NCBI GenBank assembly: GCA_964595485.1
Contig: CAZQQN010000006.1
Coordinates: 7,633 to 71,632 of the forward strand
Direction of reading: 5' to 3'
From: an uncultured Sphingobacteriales bacterium
GTDB lineage: Bacteria; Bacteroidota; Bacteroidia; CAILMK01; CAYYUA01
DNA: 64,000 bases
The position numbers and the translations under genes are program-made. This document shows, in pieces, positions 20,293 through 29,249 of this stretch (within the stretch, counting starts at the first letter, position 1; every line of letters begins with the position of its first letter). Below the pieces are notes generated by a model. The model was not told the DNA's origin. It did not search any database and saw nothing but the letters and a program-made list of their open reading frames with translations.

Positions 20293-21135
20293 ATGGAATT
20301 AGCGAGAAAAGAAACGAGAAAATGGTCTTTGGTTTTATTAAGTTTTTTTCTGGTATTCTGCTTATCGGCATGTGAAGACGATGAAAGTACACAGCCTGAT
20401 GATGATAAAAACGATGAACAAAAAGATGATGACAACAATAATGATGAAGACCCTAAGGCTGGTAATAAAAAAAGTACCGGGGCTTCAGCTAATGCCTTAC
20501 TCTCAGAGCAGGAGTATGATCAACTCAAGGTTGAGATTCAATATGTGAAAGGTTATAAACCCACTCAAAGGGCCTTGGATAGTTTCAAAAGCTTCTTAAA
20601 TGCTAACGTTCATAAATCAAACGGGATAGCATTTAAGAAGACCAAAATTTCGAACCCGGGGGATGATAACAAGTATGATGTAAGCGAGATCATTGATATT
20701 GAAGACCAAAACCGTTCCGTTTACAATGAAGGTAGCGAAATTGGCGTTTACTTCTTATTTGTGAATGGAAAGAATAAAGGCGATTCAGACAATGAAAAAA
20801 CATTGGGTATTGCTTACAGGAACACTTCTATGGTAATCTTTGAGGAAACCATTCAGGGTTTATCAGACGATATTGATGAGCCGGAAAGGCATAAACTTGA
20901 AAGGGCTGTTATCAATCATGAAATGGGCCATAATCTGGGATTAGTGGACAATGGTTCTCCCATGCAAACGGATCACCGGGATAAGGATAAAGGTAGTCAT
21001 TGCGATAACGATAACTGCTTGATGCATTGGACTGTTAAAACTGGTGATGTGGTTGATAAGATCTTAACAGGGGGAAACATCCCAAAACTTGATCAAAATT
21101 GCCAGGACGACCTGGAGGCCAATGGTGGTAAATAG
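20293..21135 (+). CDS. Lipoprotein with an archaemetzincin/metzincin-like zinc-binding motif (putative metalloprotease)
   Basis: 280 aa. Signal peptide plus lipobox LSAC. Acidic low-complexity linker (DDDKNDEQKDDDNNNDED). C-terminal HEMGHNLGLVD...HCDNDNCLMHW resembles HExxHxxGxx[H/D] followed by the CDNxxC-M element of peptidase M54 (archaemetzincin). Confidence 0.5.
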   Translation: MELARKETRKWSLVLLSFFLVFCLSACEDDESTQPDDDKNDEQKDDDNNNDEDPKAGNKKSTGASANALLSEQEYDQLKVEIQYVKGYKPTQRALDSFKSFLNANVHKSNGIAFKKTKISNPGDDNKYDVSEIIDIEDQNRSVYNEGSEIGVYFLFVNGKNKGDSDNEKTLGIAYRNTSMVIFEETIQGLSDDIDEPERHKLERAVINHEMGHNLGLVDNGSPMQTDHRDKDKGSHCDNDNCLMHWTVKTGDVVDKILTGGNIPKLDQNCQDDLEANGGK

Positions 21136-21154
21136 GCATAAATACCCTTAATGA

Positions 21155-22480
21155 ATGGTGTTAAATTCGAACCTGCTAATAAAAGGCGTTGATTGCAAGC
21201 GCTTAATTTTTCTTACCATTATTTTTTGCCAATGGTCACTGGTTGGTCTCGCTGAAGAGGAAGACAAAGTCTGGCGCAATCAAATTTACAAACCCGGCAT
21301 TCGGTCTGTGATGCTGAAGAAGAATGGTGTTGAAAACTCAATGCCGATTCTTAAATTAGACGGTGGAACCAAGATAAGCTTGTCTTTTGATCACCTGAGT
21401 AATGAAATCAAGGATTACCAATATACCATCCAGCACTGCACCCCCGATTGGCGTGCGAGTAATTTGAACACAGGGCAGTATATAAAGGGCATTTCCAATG
21501 GTATTATCCAGAATTACAACCATTCAATCAATACTTACCATGACTACGTTCGTTACACGGTTACTTTTCCTTCGAGGAGCATGAAGCCAAAGATAGCAGG
21601 AAACTATATTTTAAAGGTTTACGAGAAAGGTGATGAAGAAAACCTGGTTTTGACCAGGCGCTTTTTCGTTTTAAACGAAAAGGTTACTACCAAAGGGCAG
21701 GTGAAGCAAGCTACACTGGTGAAATACCGTGATTATAAGCATGAACTTGACTTTTCAGTAAATTACCAGAAACTGGCCAATGTTTCTAACCCGTTTGAGC
21801 AGATACAAATTGTGCTCAGGCAAAATCAGCGATGGGATAATGCTATATATGGCTTAGAACCAAGCTTTGTAGAAGGAAAGCGGTTAGTTTATGATCACCA
21901 GGAAGAAAATGTCTTTAATGCCGGCAACGAGTTTCGACCTTTTGATATCCGGTCAGTTCAATATACCCGGAGAGGGGTTCATACATTAAAACTTGACTCT
22001 TTTTACCATGCTCATTTACAAGTGGATGAAGACCGTTCTTACAAAAGCCACAATAGTTATTCTGATATTAATGGTAGCCGCATCATAACAAGAAAAGCTA
22101 GTAACAAGCCTAAGTTAGAATGTGATTATGTACAAGTCCATTTTTATCTGGATGCTAACCTTTCCCTGGGTAGTAATGAAGGTATTTACATTTTTGGTGG
22201 TCTTACGGACTGGCAGATCTGGGATCGGTTCAAAATGAAATACAATAAAGAAGAGGAGCTGTATTACAATTCCGTTTTGTTAAAGCAGGGGTATTATGAT
22301 TACAAATACGTGAAAGCCTCTAATTACGGAACAGATATAAGTGCAAAAGCAATTGAAGGTAGTCATTTTGAAACAGAAAATGATTACACGATATACGTCT
22401 ATTTTAAGTCTCCTTTTTTAAACACTTTTAAACTTGTCGGAATGAGCCGCTTGAACTCCGGCATCAATGAAGATGATTGA
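21155..22480 (+). CDS. Hypothetical secreted protein, Bacteroidota-type (possibly DUF5103 / T9SS plug-like; unverified)
   Basis: 441 aa. Hydrophobic signal-like segment LIFLTIIFCQWSLVGLA. No catalytic motifs. The start codon is uncertain. Confidence 0.45.
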   Translation: MVLNSNLLIKGVDCKRLIFLTIIFCQWSLVGLAEEEDKVWRNQIYKPGIRSVMLKKNGVENSMPILKLDGGTKISLSFDHLSNEIKDYQYTIQHCTPDWRASNLNTGQYIKGISNGIIQNYNHSINTYHDYVRYTVTFPSRSMKPKIAGNYILKVYEKGDEENLVLTRRFFVLNEKVTTKGQVKQATLVKYRDYKHELDFSVNYQKLANVSNPFEQIQIVLRQNQRWDNAIYGLEPSFVEGKRLVYDHQEENVFNAGNEFRPFDIRSVQYTRRGVHTLKLDSFYHAHLQVDEDRSYKSHNSYSDINGSRIITRKASNKPKLECDYVQVHFYLDANLSLGSNEGIYIFGGLTDWQIWDRFKMKYNKEEELYYNSVLLKQGYYDYKYVKASNYGTDISAKAIEGSHFETENDYTIYVYFKSPFLNTFKLVGMSRLNSGINEDD

Positions 22481-22627
22481 TAAGCTAACTTAAGCCAGGA
22501 TTTGTTAAAATCCTTTTGTAAATGACTCAGGGAGTAGCATTACCTATAGAATCTACTTGATAATGCCCCCTAAACCTCCAGCATTTGTGCCTTTTTCAAA
22601 ATGAGTCCATCCGGGTTTATAAACTGA

Positions 22628-23359
22628 CTACCTATTCGCAAACAGGTTTTGGGTAAGGGTAAAATCATGCTTTAAGTCCCTGTATCTCATAATTCTAACT
22701 TGCTTGCTAATCTCAACCTGGGTACAACTCAAGGTTTGAACCGGCGGCAAATTCCCATCCTCTGAGAAATCAGCTTCAAAACAACCCATAGCCATTTCTC
22801 TGTGTAAGTCCATAAGTTCTCCTGAATCAATAAAGGACTCCGTGGCTAAGTACTGGTGAAAGTATTGATTTCTTGCATCATGAGACTTTTGGCTATAAAG
22901 GCTTGCGGAAGTCCAGAGATATGGTTTATCAGGGTCCAATGTTTGATAGTGCTGGTAACGACCGTCCCATCGCAATTCAGCAAGTAAGTTTCCATTCCGG
23001 AAAGGTTCAAAACAAACCATTGTAAAAGGTTCAATACCCTCGAAGCTTGCTTGAAAGGAAAATCTTTCAAAACTCTCATAATCGAAAGCATCGAGTAAAA
23101 CAAGTCCCCTGCTTTTACGGTAAGGCGGGTTTGATTGGTGGGCCTCAAACGCTCCATTCATCAAGTTAACGACTTTTCCCGATGAAGTGCTCGCGATCCA
23201 GGTTCCACCCTTGTCGCCATCTTGGGGGTAAAATGCTGATTGGGATTCTTTTACCGCTTTAGCAGGAAAATCAGCGGATTTTCTTTCAGGACTCTCGTCC
23301 CGGTTCGCTGTTATGATCACTTGGTCCGGTGATCTGGGCAAATAAGTCAATACGCACAA
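22628..23359 (-). CDS. NRDE family protein (DUF833 / TANGO2-like)
   Basis: 243 aa. Begins MCVLTYL. Contains the eponymous ITANRDESPER motif at residues about 16-26. Confidence 0.85.
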   Translation of the reverse strand: MCVLTYLPRSPDQVIITANRDESPERKSADFPAKAVKESQSAFYPQDGDKGGTWIASTSSGKVVNLMNGAFEAHQSNPPYRKSRGLVLLDAFDYESFERFSFQASFEGIEPFTMVCFEPFRNGNLLAELRWDGRYQHYQTLDPDKPYLWTSASLYSQKSHDARNQYFHQYLATESFIDSGELMDLHREMAMGCFEADFSEDGNLPPVQTLSCTQVEISKQVRIMRYRDLKHDFTLTQNLFANR

Positions 23360-23511
23360 TTGAAGATAGCCTGGTTTTTCAAAATTTCAAGTCTAAATTA
23401 CTGAATCGGCAATAATTTGGCCATTAAAAAGCTGCAAAATTTAAAGCCTTTTTTAAAACCAAACCTTTGATCCATTCGTTTAAAAATTGAACTTTCTTAA
23501 GAAAATTCACT

Positions 23512-24624
23512 ATGATCGGTCATTTATTTACAGACTATATACCTGAAGAACAAAAGCCGGAAAAACAGTTTGAAGACTTACTAAATCTCTTTCTTCAAAT
23601 TATGACCTACAACTCGGGGGATGTGGATGAGGCCCTGAACTGGATGAGAACCCTCGATGATAAATACCAATTTACTTCTGAAGATTACTCGATGGATGAT
23701 TTTATTCAGGATCTGAAGGATAAAGGTTATATAACGGACGATCCAAAAGGCAATGGTGGTGGTGGTAAAATGGGTTTAACTGCTAAATCCGAACAAACCA
23801 TCAGGCAGCAATCCCTTGAAGAGATATTTGGTAAGCTGAAGAAAGGCGGTGCGGGCAATCATCGCACGCCTCACCAAGGAAATGGTGATGAGCCAACAAC
23901 AGATAGGCGCTCTTTCCAATTTGGTGATACACCTGAGAATATTGCTATGACCGATTCCATCCGTAATGCCCAGGTAAATCACGGCGTAGGCGATTTTCAC
24001 CTTACTGAAGACGACTTAGAAGTCACTGAGCGGGAATACAAGGCTCAAATGTCAACGGTTCTAATGATTGACATTTCCCACTCCATGATTCTTTATGGTG
24101 AAGACCGGATAACGCCGGCAAAAAAAACCGCCATGGCCTTATCAGAAATGATAACCCGAAAATACCCTAAAGACACTCTGGACATTATTGTTTTTGGTAA
24201 TGATGCATGGCAAATAAAAATAAAAGACCTACCTTATCTTGAAGTAGGCCCTTATCACACCAACACCATTGCAGGGCTGGAATTAGCCATGGATTTGCTG
24301 CGGCGGAAGAAAGAAGCCAATAAGCAGATATTTATGATTACAGATGGCAAGCCCACCTGCATGAAAGTTGGCTTGAAATATTACAACAACCCATTTGGGC
24401 TTGATACGGAGATTTTGAATAAAACACTTAACTTGGCCCGCCAGTGCAGAAAGCAGGATATTCTCATTAATACTTTCATGGTTGCCTCAGATCCCTACTT
24501 ACAACAATTTGTAAGAGAATTTACCGAGGCCAACAATGGAAAAGCTTTTTATACAAGCCTTGACGGCCTTGGTCAATTCATTTTTGAGGACTACGAAAGG
24601 AATCGTAGCAAGCGGGTTCGCTAA
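23512..24624 (+). CDS. von Willebrand factor A (vWA) domain protein with an N-terminal helical domain and a Gly-rich linker
   Basis: 370 aa. MIDAS motif DISHS (VLMIDISHSM). Downstream T (ITDGKPT) and D residues. Linker GNGGGGKMG. Confidence 0.8.
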   Translation: MIGHLFTDYIPEEQKPEKQFEDLLNLFLQIMTYNSGDVDEALNWMRTLDDKYQFTSEDYSMDDFIQDLKDKGYITDDPKGNGGGGKMGLTAKSEQTIRQQSLEEIFGKLKKGGAGNHRTPHQGNGDEPTTDRRSFQFGDTPENIAMTDSIRNAQVNHGVGDFHLTEDDLEVTEREYKAQMSTVLMIDISHSMILYGEDRITPAKKTAMALSEMITRKYPKDTLDIIVFGNDAWQIKIKDLPYLEVGPYHTNTIAGLELAMDLLRRKKEANKQIFMITDGKPTCMKVGLKYYNNPFGLDTEILNKTLNLARQCRKQDILINTFMVASDPYLQQFVREFTEANNGKAFYTSLDGLGQFIFEDYERNRSKRVR

Positions 24625-24694
24625 CAAACACTTTTTGCTTTTTTACTAAATACCCATTATCAAATAAAGCTTTACATCAAACACTTTTTTAACT

Positions 24695-26221
24695 ATGACC
24701 AAAGAATTTCTTCAGAACGTTGACCAAATCCATACGATAAAAGATCTCAAAGCTCACGGATACGAATTAAAGTCCGTGAAGCAAGAGTTGAGAGAAAACC
24801 TAATAGAAAGCATGCGTAATGATGAAAACCCCTTCAAAGGCGTACTGGGGTTTGACAGGACGGTTATACCGGATATTCAACGTGCTGTGCTTTCCAATCA
24901 TAACATGATCTTGCTGGGGTTAAGAGGCCAGGCCAAAACCAGAATAGCCCGGCTGTTAACCAATTTATTGGATGAGTACATCCCTATTGTAAAAGGTTCT
25001 GAATTAAATGATGATCCCTTTAATCCCCTATCCAAGGAAGCCAGGGATTTGGTAAATGATAAAGGCGATGAAACCCCCATAGAATGGGTTCACCGGGAAG
25101 ATCGCTTCACAGAAAAATTAGCAACACCGGATGTCACCGTTGCCGACTTAATCGGAGATGTGGACCCAATTAAAGCAGCTTCAATGAAGTTACCGTATTC
25201 AGATGAAAGGGTGATCCATTTTGGCCTTGTCCCAAGGTCCAATAGGGGCCTTTTTGTTATCAATGAGCTGCCTGACCTCCAAGCCAGGATTCAAGTAGCT
25301 TTGTTTAATATTCTTCAGGAAGGGGATATTCAAATAAGGGGATTTCGGTTAAGAATGCCCTTGGATATACAATTCATATTTACTGCCAATCCAGAGGATT
25401 ATACCAACCGTGGTACTATTGTGACGCCATTGAAAGACCGGATTGATAGTCAAATTTTAACCCACTATCCGAAATCGCTTGATACATCCAAAGCAATTAC
25501 CAAGCAGGAAGCCCGTAAACATGATCAACAAGAAGAGCTTGTAGAAATGCCTACGCTTGCTGAAGACCTGATAGAACAAGTGGCCTTTGAAGCCCGTAAC
25601 AGTGAATATGTAGATGAGCAGAGTGGTGTTTCCGCACGTTTGACGATTTCGGGGTATGAAAATGTTTTGAGTGCTGTGGAAAGGAGAACACTCCTCAATA
25701 AAGAGAAAAAGGGTTATGTACGAATTGCAGACTTTGTTGGGCTAATCCCTTCTATAACAGGAAAGATTGAACTTGTTTACGAAGGTGAGCAGGAAGGCCC
25801 GGCCAACGTTGCTCATATGTTAATTGGGAAAGCTATCAGGGAGCAATTTGTAAACTACTTTCCAGACCCTCAACAAATCAACAAAAAAGAAGGCACCAAT
25901 CCCTATAGTGACATTATTCAATGGTTTGGAAAAGGCGAGATGGTAGAATTGTTTCATGATATGACCGAAAAAGCGTATGCAGATACTTTGAATAATGTCA
26001 ATGGTTTAGCCAAATTAGTTGATCATCACTATCCCAAAGCCCGGAAACAACATAAGTTGTTGCTAATGGAATTTGTTCTTCATGGCTTGGCTGAATATTC
26101 ATTGCTAAGTAAGCACAGTATAGAAGAGGGGCAAACCTTCAAAGATCTGCTTAGCGGCATGATGGATTTTGGTGATGAAGAAAGTGGGTTTGAAGGTGAA
26201 GAAGGTGGTCAGTGGCTCTAA
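24695..26221 (+). CDS. AAA+ ATPase of the ChlI/MoxR-like clade with non-canonical Walker motifs
   Basis: 508 aa. P-loop-like GLRGQAKT. Walker B-like LFVINELPDL. Sensor-1 region IQFIFTANPEDY and PLKDRID arginine-finger context, like Mg-chelatase ChlI/MoxR. Immediately downstream of the vWA gene. Confidence 0.75.
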   Translation: MTKEFLQNVDQIHTIKDLKAHGYELKSVKQELRENLIESMRNDENPFKGVLGFDRTVIPDIQRAVLSNHNMILLGLRGQAKTRIARLLTNLLDEYIPIVKGSELNDDPFNPLSKEARDLVNDKGDETPIEWVHREDRFTEKLATPDVTVADLIGDVDPIKAASMKLPYSDERVIHFGLVPRSNRGLFVINELPDLQARIQVALFNILQEGDIQIRGFRLRMPLDIQFIFTANPEDYTNRGTIVTPLKDRIDSQILTHYPKSLDTSKAITKQEARKHDQQEELVEMPTLAEDLIEQVAFEARNSEYVDEQSGVSARLTISGYENVLSAVERRTLLNKEKKGYVRIADFVGLIPSITGKIELVYEGEQEGPANVAHMLIGKAIREQFVNYFPDPQQINKKEGTNPYSDIIQWFGKGEMVELFHDMTEKAYADTLNNVNGLAKLVDHHYPKARKQHKLLLMEFVLHGLAEYSLLSKHSIEEGQTFKDLLSGMMDFGDEESGFEGEEGGQWL

Positions 26222-26304
26222 AAGATTTTCTGCGGGCTTTACAAATTCACTAAAGTATTTAAACGCTAATTGAGGTTTTTATTTTGAAAACCGCGTTAGC
26301 CCTT

Positions 26305-27225
26305 TTAGCTCTGATACCATGGCTCCCATCCCTTACCTTTCATTCCGTAATCAAAATAGGAAGGATGAAGTATTTCTCCAAGAATTTTAAGTGATTCCAA
26401 TAGCCTTGGCCCTGATCGGTTGAAGTACTGATGGCCATCTGCTATATAAATTTCTTTATTTTTTACTGCATCAAGCTGCTGCCATCCTTTGTATTGTTCT
26501 AAGGTAGCCATTTCCGCTTTGGTTTGTGTCATATCAAAACCGCAGGGTGTTACGATAATCTTATCAGGATTAGCGCTGGCAAGGGCTTCAAAATCCTGAA
26601 TCGGTGAATGCTGGCCTTCCTTAGTGAAAAGGTTCAGGCCACCTGCATATTCCACTAACTTTGGAATCCAGTTACCACCAAACATCAGTGGGTCAATCCA
26701 TTCAATTATTGCTGTTCTTGGGTTAGCTACAATGTGAGAAGCTTTTTCAGCTATATCAGCCATTTCCCGCTCAATATTATCCTTTAACCGCTGGCTTGCA
26801 TTCGGGTCCCCGATGCCTTCACCGATCTTATCAAAATCTTCCCAAACCTCCTGCAGTGTATTGGGCATGAGGGTTACAATTTTAGGCTGATAATTTAAGT
26901 ATTGTTCAACGGCTACGTGTACGTCATCCGGACTGGCTGCACACAATTCACATTGCATTTGTGTAATGATAACATCCGGCTGAAGTTTTTGAAGTTGATC
27001 GCCATCCACTTCATAAACCGATAATCCCTGCTGTACCAAATTTTGAACATTGGCATCAATGGTTTTACTTGGCCCTTCAGGTAATACTTTGGATTTTGTG
27101 CAAGCTGGTAAATTAGCTATCCATGCTGGGTAATCACATTCATGGGAACAGCCAACTAAATGATCTCCATAGCCCATTGCGCAAACAATTTCTGTTGCAT
27201 TGGGAAGTAACGATACAATGTTCAT
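26305..27225 (-). CDS. Cytoplasmic BtuF/TroA-like (class III periplasmic-binding-protein fold) cobalamin/siderophore-binding-domain protein
   Basis: 306 aa. N-terminus MNIVSLLPNATEIVCAMGYGDHLVGCSHECDYP parallels the BtuF start (ITLSPANTELAFAAG...VGVS..SDYP). No signal peptide. Confidence 0.6.
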   Translation of the reverse strand: MNIVSLLPNATEIVCAMGYGDHLVGCSHECDYPAWIANLPACTKSKVLPEGPSKTIDANVQNLVQQGLSVYEVDGDQLQKLQPDVIITQMQCELCAASPDDVHVAVEQYLNYQPKIVTLMPNTLQEVWEDFDKIGEGIGDPNASQRLKDNIEREMADIAEKASHIVANPRTAIIEWIDPLMFGGNWIPKLVEYAGGLNLFTKEGQHSPIQDFEALASANPDKIIVTPCGFDMTQTKAEMATLEQYKGWQQLDAVKNKEIYIADGHQYFNRSGPRLLESLKILGEILHPSYFDYGMKGKGWEPWYQS

Positions 27226-27369
27226 AATGCTTCATTTCTGATTTTTTACATCCCCCTTATAAAATCAAGAACGGCAGTTAACGGAGTTTATTAGCGTAGA
27301 ATTTAGTTCATACGATCTGAATTTGAATTTGTTAGTTTATAAAGGTTTGTAATTTTTTATGCTTTGAAA

Positions 27370-27783
27370 CTATGCATTGTTAAAATAATTTTGATATAGA
27401 TTTTCTAACCTTTCTGGCGTCAAAGGCTTTATGATATAATCACTTACTTCTGGATACTGATTGGCTTTTTCAATGTCCTCTTCATAAACGGATGAGGATA
27501 GCATCAATAAAACAGGCTGCCTATCAAACTTATCAATCATTCTTTTATAAACTTCAAGAAATTCCCAACCATCCATAGATGGCATGTTAATATCCAGTAA
27601 TATCAAATCGGGAGCACTTGTGTCATGACTATTTTTAGCATTGTCCAGATAATCCAATCCTTCCTGCCCACTGAGAAAGGTCTTTACCTCATCTGCATAG
27701 CCGCTACGTGAAATAACTTTGGCACAGACAAAATTATTGATCTCATCATCGTCTATAACAAGCACTTTATTTAAATTAACCAT
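27370..27783 (-). CDS. Stand-alone response-regulator receiver domain protein (CheY-like)
   Basis: 137 aa. VLVIDDDE acidic pocket. Phospho-acceptor context DLILLDINMP. Conserved K near YIIKP. No output domain. Confidence 0.85.
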   Translation of the reverse strand: MVNLNKVLVIDDDEINNFVCAKVISRSGYADEVKTFLSGQEGLDYLDNAKNSHDTSAPDLILLDINMPSMDGWEFLEVYKRMIDKFDRQPVLLMLSSSVYEEDIEKANQYPEVSDYIIKPLTPERLENLYQNYFNNA

Positions 27784-27958
27784 TTTTTTTACCTTCTAAT
27801 ACTAAATGAGATACTCTCAACTAGAAAAATGTGATTATTCCATTGGATTCTCAAAGCTAATAAAATTAATGACTTTTATTTTTTTCAGACTAAAATATTT
27901 CTTTAAAAGCAAGGGAACCGACAAACAAATTTTTTATTTATTTTTTGATGCAAGCTAA

Positions 27959-27977
27959 CTTCAGTATGCTACTGAAG
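27959..27977. promoter_or_regulatory. Perfect 8-bp inverted repeat CTTCAGTA-tgc-TACTGAAG in the divergent promoter region
   Basis: Read directly from the sequence. It lies about 40 nt upstream of the NUDIX gene start (28019), in the intergenic region shared with the response-regulator gene on the opposite strand. Confidence 0.3.
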
Positions 27978-28018
27978 GGATAAATTCGTGTATTATAGCA
28001 AATCAGCTTGTTTTAACT

Positions 28019-28672
28019 ATGACCTTGACCAATTTTTTCGAGTTATTAAAGGTAAGGATTGAAAATTCAGGACTGCCCGGAGAGGCTGCTCAGTTTAAAA
28101 TGGCACCCGGAAATCGAGCCGCGGAGCCTTCAGATCAATCAAAGGTTAAAAATGGCGGGGTTTTGATATTATTATACCCTGGCAAGAGAAGTAATTGTCT
28201 TTTATTAACGCTTAGGGCTGAATATCCCGGTGTTCACAGTGGTCAGGTAAGCTTTCCGGGGGGTCGTATGGAGGAAAATGATAAAAATCTGGCAGAAACC
28301 GCACTCAGGGAAACTGAGGAAGAAACAGGGGTTTCAAAAAATGCCATATCGTTAATCGGGCGTTTGTCATCCTTGTACATTCCACCGAGTAACTTCATGG
28401 TTTATCCTTTCATAGGTTATGCCATTAAAAAACCTGACTTTGCCCATGATCCCAAAGAGGTCAGTTCCCTGATTGAAGTTCCGATAGAGCTATTAAAGTC
28501 CAAAAGCATTTGGAAACGAGGTAAAATACAGTTGGCCAACGGCGATTTTTTAACTTGCCCTTATTTTACAATATCGGATCACATAGTATGGGGCGCTACA
28601 GCAATGATTCTAAGTGAATTTATTGATTTAATCTGCAATCCCAACCCGATAAAATTTGACAACTATGCATGA
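28019..28672 (+). CDS. NUDIX hydrolase (CoA pyrophosphatase-like)
   Basis: 217 aa. Nudix box GGRMEENDKNLAETALRETEEETGV (Gx5Ex7REuxEExGu). Confidence 0.8.
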   Translation: MTLTNFFELLKVRIENSGLPGEAAQFKMAPGNRAAEPSDQSKVKNGGVLILLYPGKRSNCLLLTLRAEYPGVHSGQVSFPGGRMEENDKNLAETALRETEEETGVSKNAISLIGRLSSLYIPPSNFMVYPFIGYAIKKPDFAHDPKEVSSLIEVPIELLKSKSIWKRGKIQLANGDFLTCPYFTISDHIVWGATAMILSEFIDLICNPNPIKFDNYA

Positions 28673-29144
28673 TGAAGAAATCAAAGCCTTTTTAAGCCAG
28701 GCTATTGAATTGGCAAGGAAAAATATAACTCACAATAATGGCGGTCCATTTGGCGCTTTAGTAGTGAAAGATGGATCAGTGGTAGGATCAAGTGAAAATT
28801 TGGTAACATCAACACCGGATCCCACTGCCCATGCTGAGATAGTCGCCATCCGTAAGGCGAGTCAATATTTGAATACATTTGACCTTACCGGAAGTATTTT
28901 ATTTACTTCCTGTGAACCATGTCCCATGTGTTTGGGAGCTGTTTACTGGGCCAGGCTGAATCAAGTTTACTATGCTGCCCTGCATTCGGATGCCGCTAAG
29001 GTCGGTTTTGACGACAAGTTTATTTATGAGGAACTTAAGGCTCCCATTGACCAAAGGGCCATTCCATTTGAGCAGCTATTGCAGGAAGATGGAAAACAAG
29101 TTTTTAAGGAATGGGACGAAAAAACCGATAAAATCATGTATTAA
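28656..29144 (+). CDS. Nucleoside/nucleotide deaminase (CDA-fold, guanine-deaminase-like)
   Basis: 162 aa. Zinc-binding HAE (PTAHAEIVAI) and PCPMC motifs of the cytidine/dCMP deaminase superfamily. Overlaps the NUDIX gene by 17 nt. Confidence 0.8.
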   Translation: MTTMHDEEIKAFLSQAIELARKNITHNNGGPFGALVVKDGSVVGSSENLVTSTPDPTAHAEIVAIRKASQYLNTFDLTGSILFTSCEPCPMCLGAVYWARLNQVYYAALHSDAAKVGFDDKFIYEELKAPIDQRAIPFEQLLQEDGKQVFKEWDEKTDKIMY

Positions 29145-29187
29145 TAATCGAAATGTTTTAAAAGAAAAAGGAATAATAAGTAAAAAG

Positions 29188-29237
29188 CCCAGGAGGGTGG
29201 ACAAATGCGTTTGCCCACCCAGTGAAATGGCTTTTTT
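29188..29237. terminator. Bidirectional intrinsic terminator between the convergent deaminase and gapA genes
   Basis: Hairpin GGGTGGACAAA-tgcg-TTTGCCCACCC (11-bp stem with one mismatch) at 29195-29220. A T-run (ctttttt) follows on the + strand and an A-run (aaaaagccc; i.e. GGGCTTTTT on the - strand) precedes it. Confidence 0.55.
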
Positions 29238-29249
29238 CAGGAAAGCTCC

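Noticed and set aside
22488-22510. AGGATTT-gtta-AAATCCT hairpin after the 441-aa gene as a terminator
   Set aside because: The stem is only 7 bp and AT-rich, with a weak T-tract. Too marginal to call a feature.
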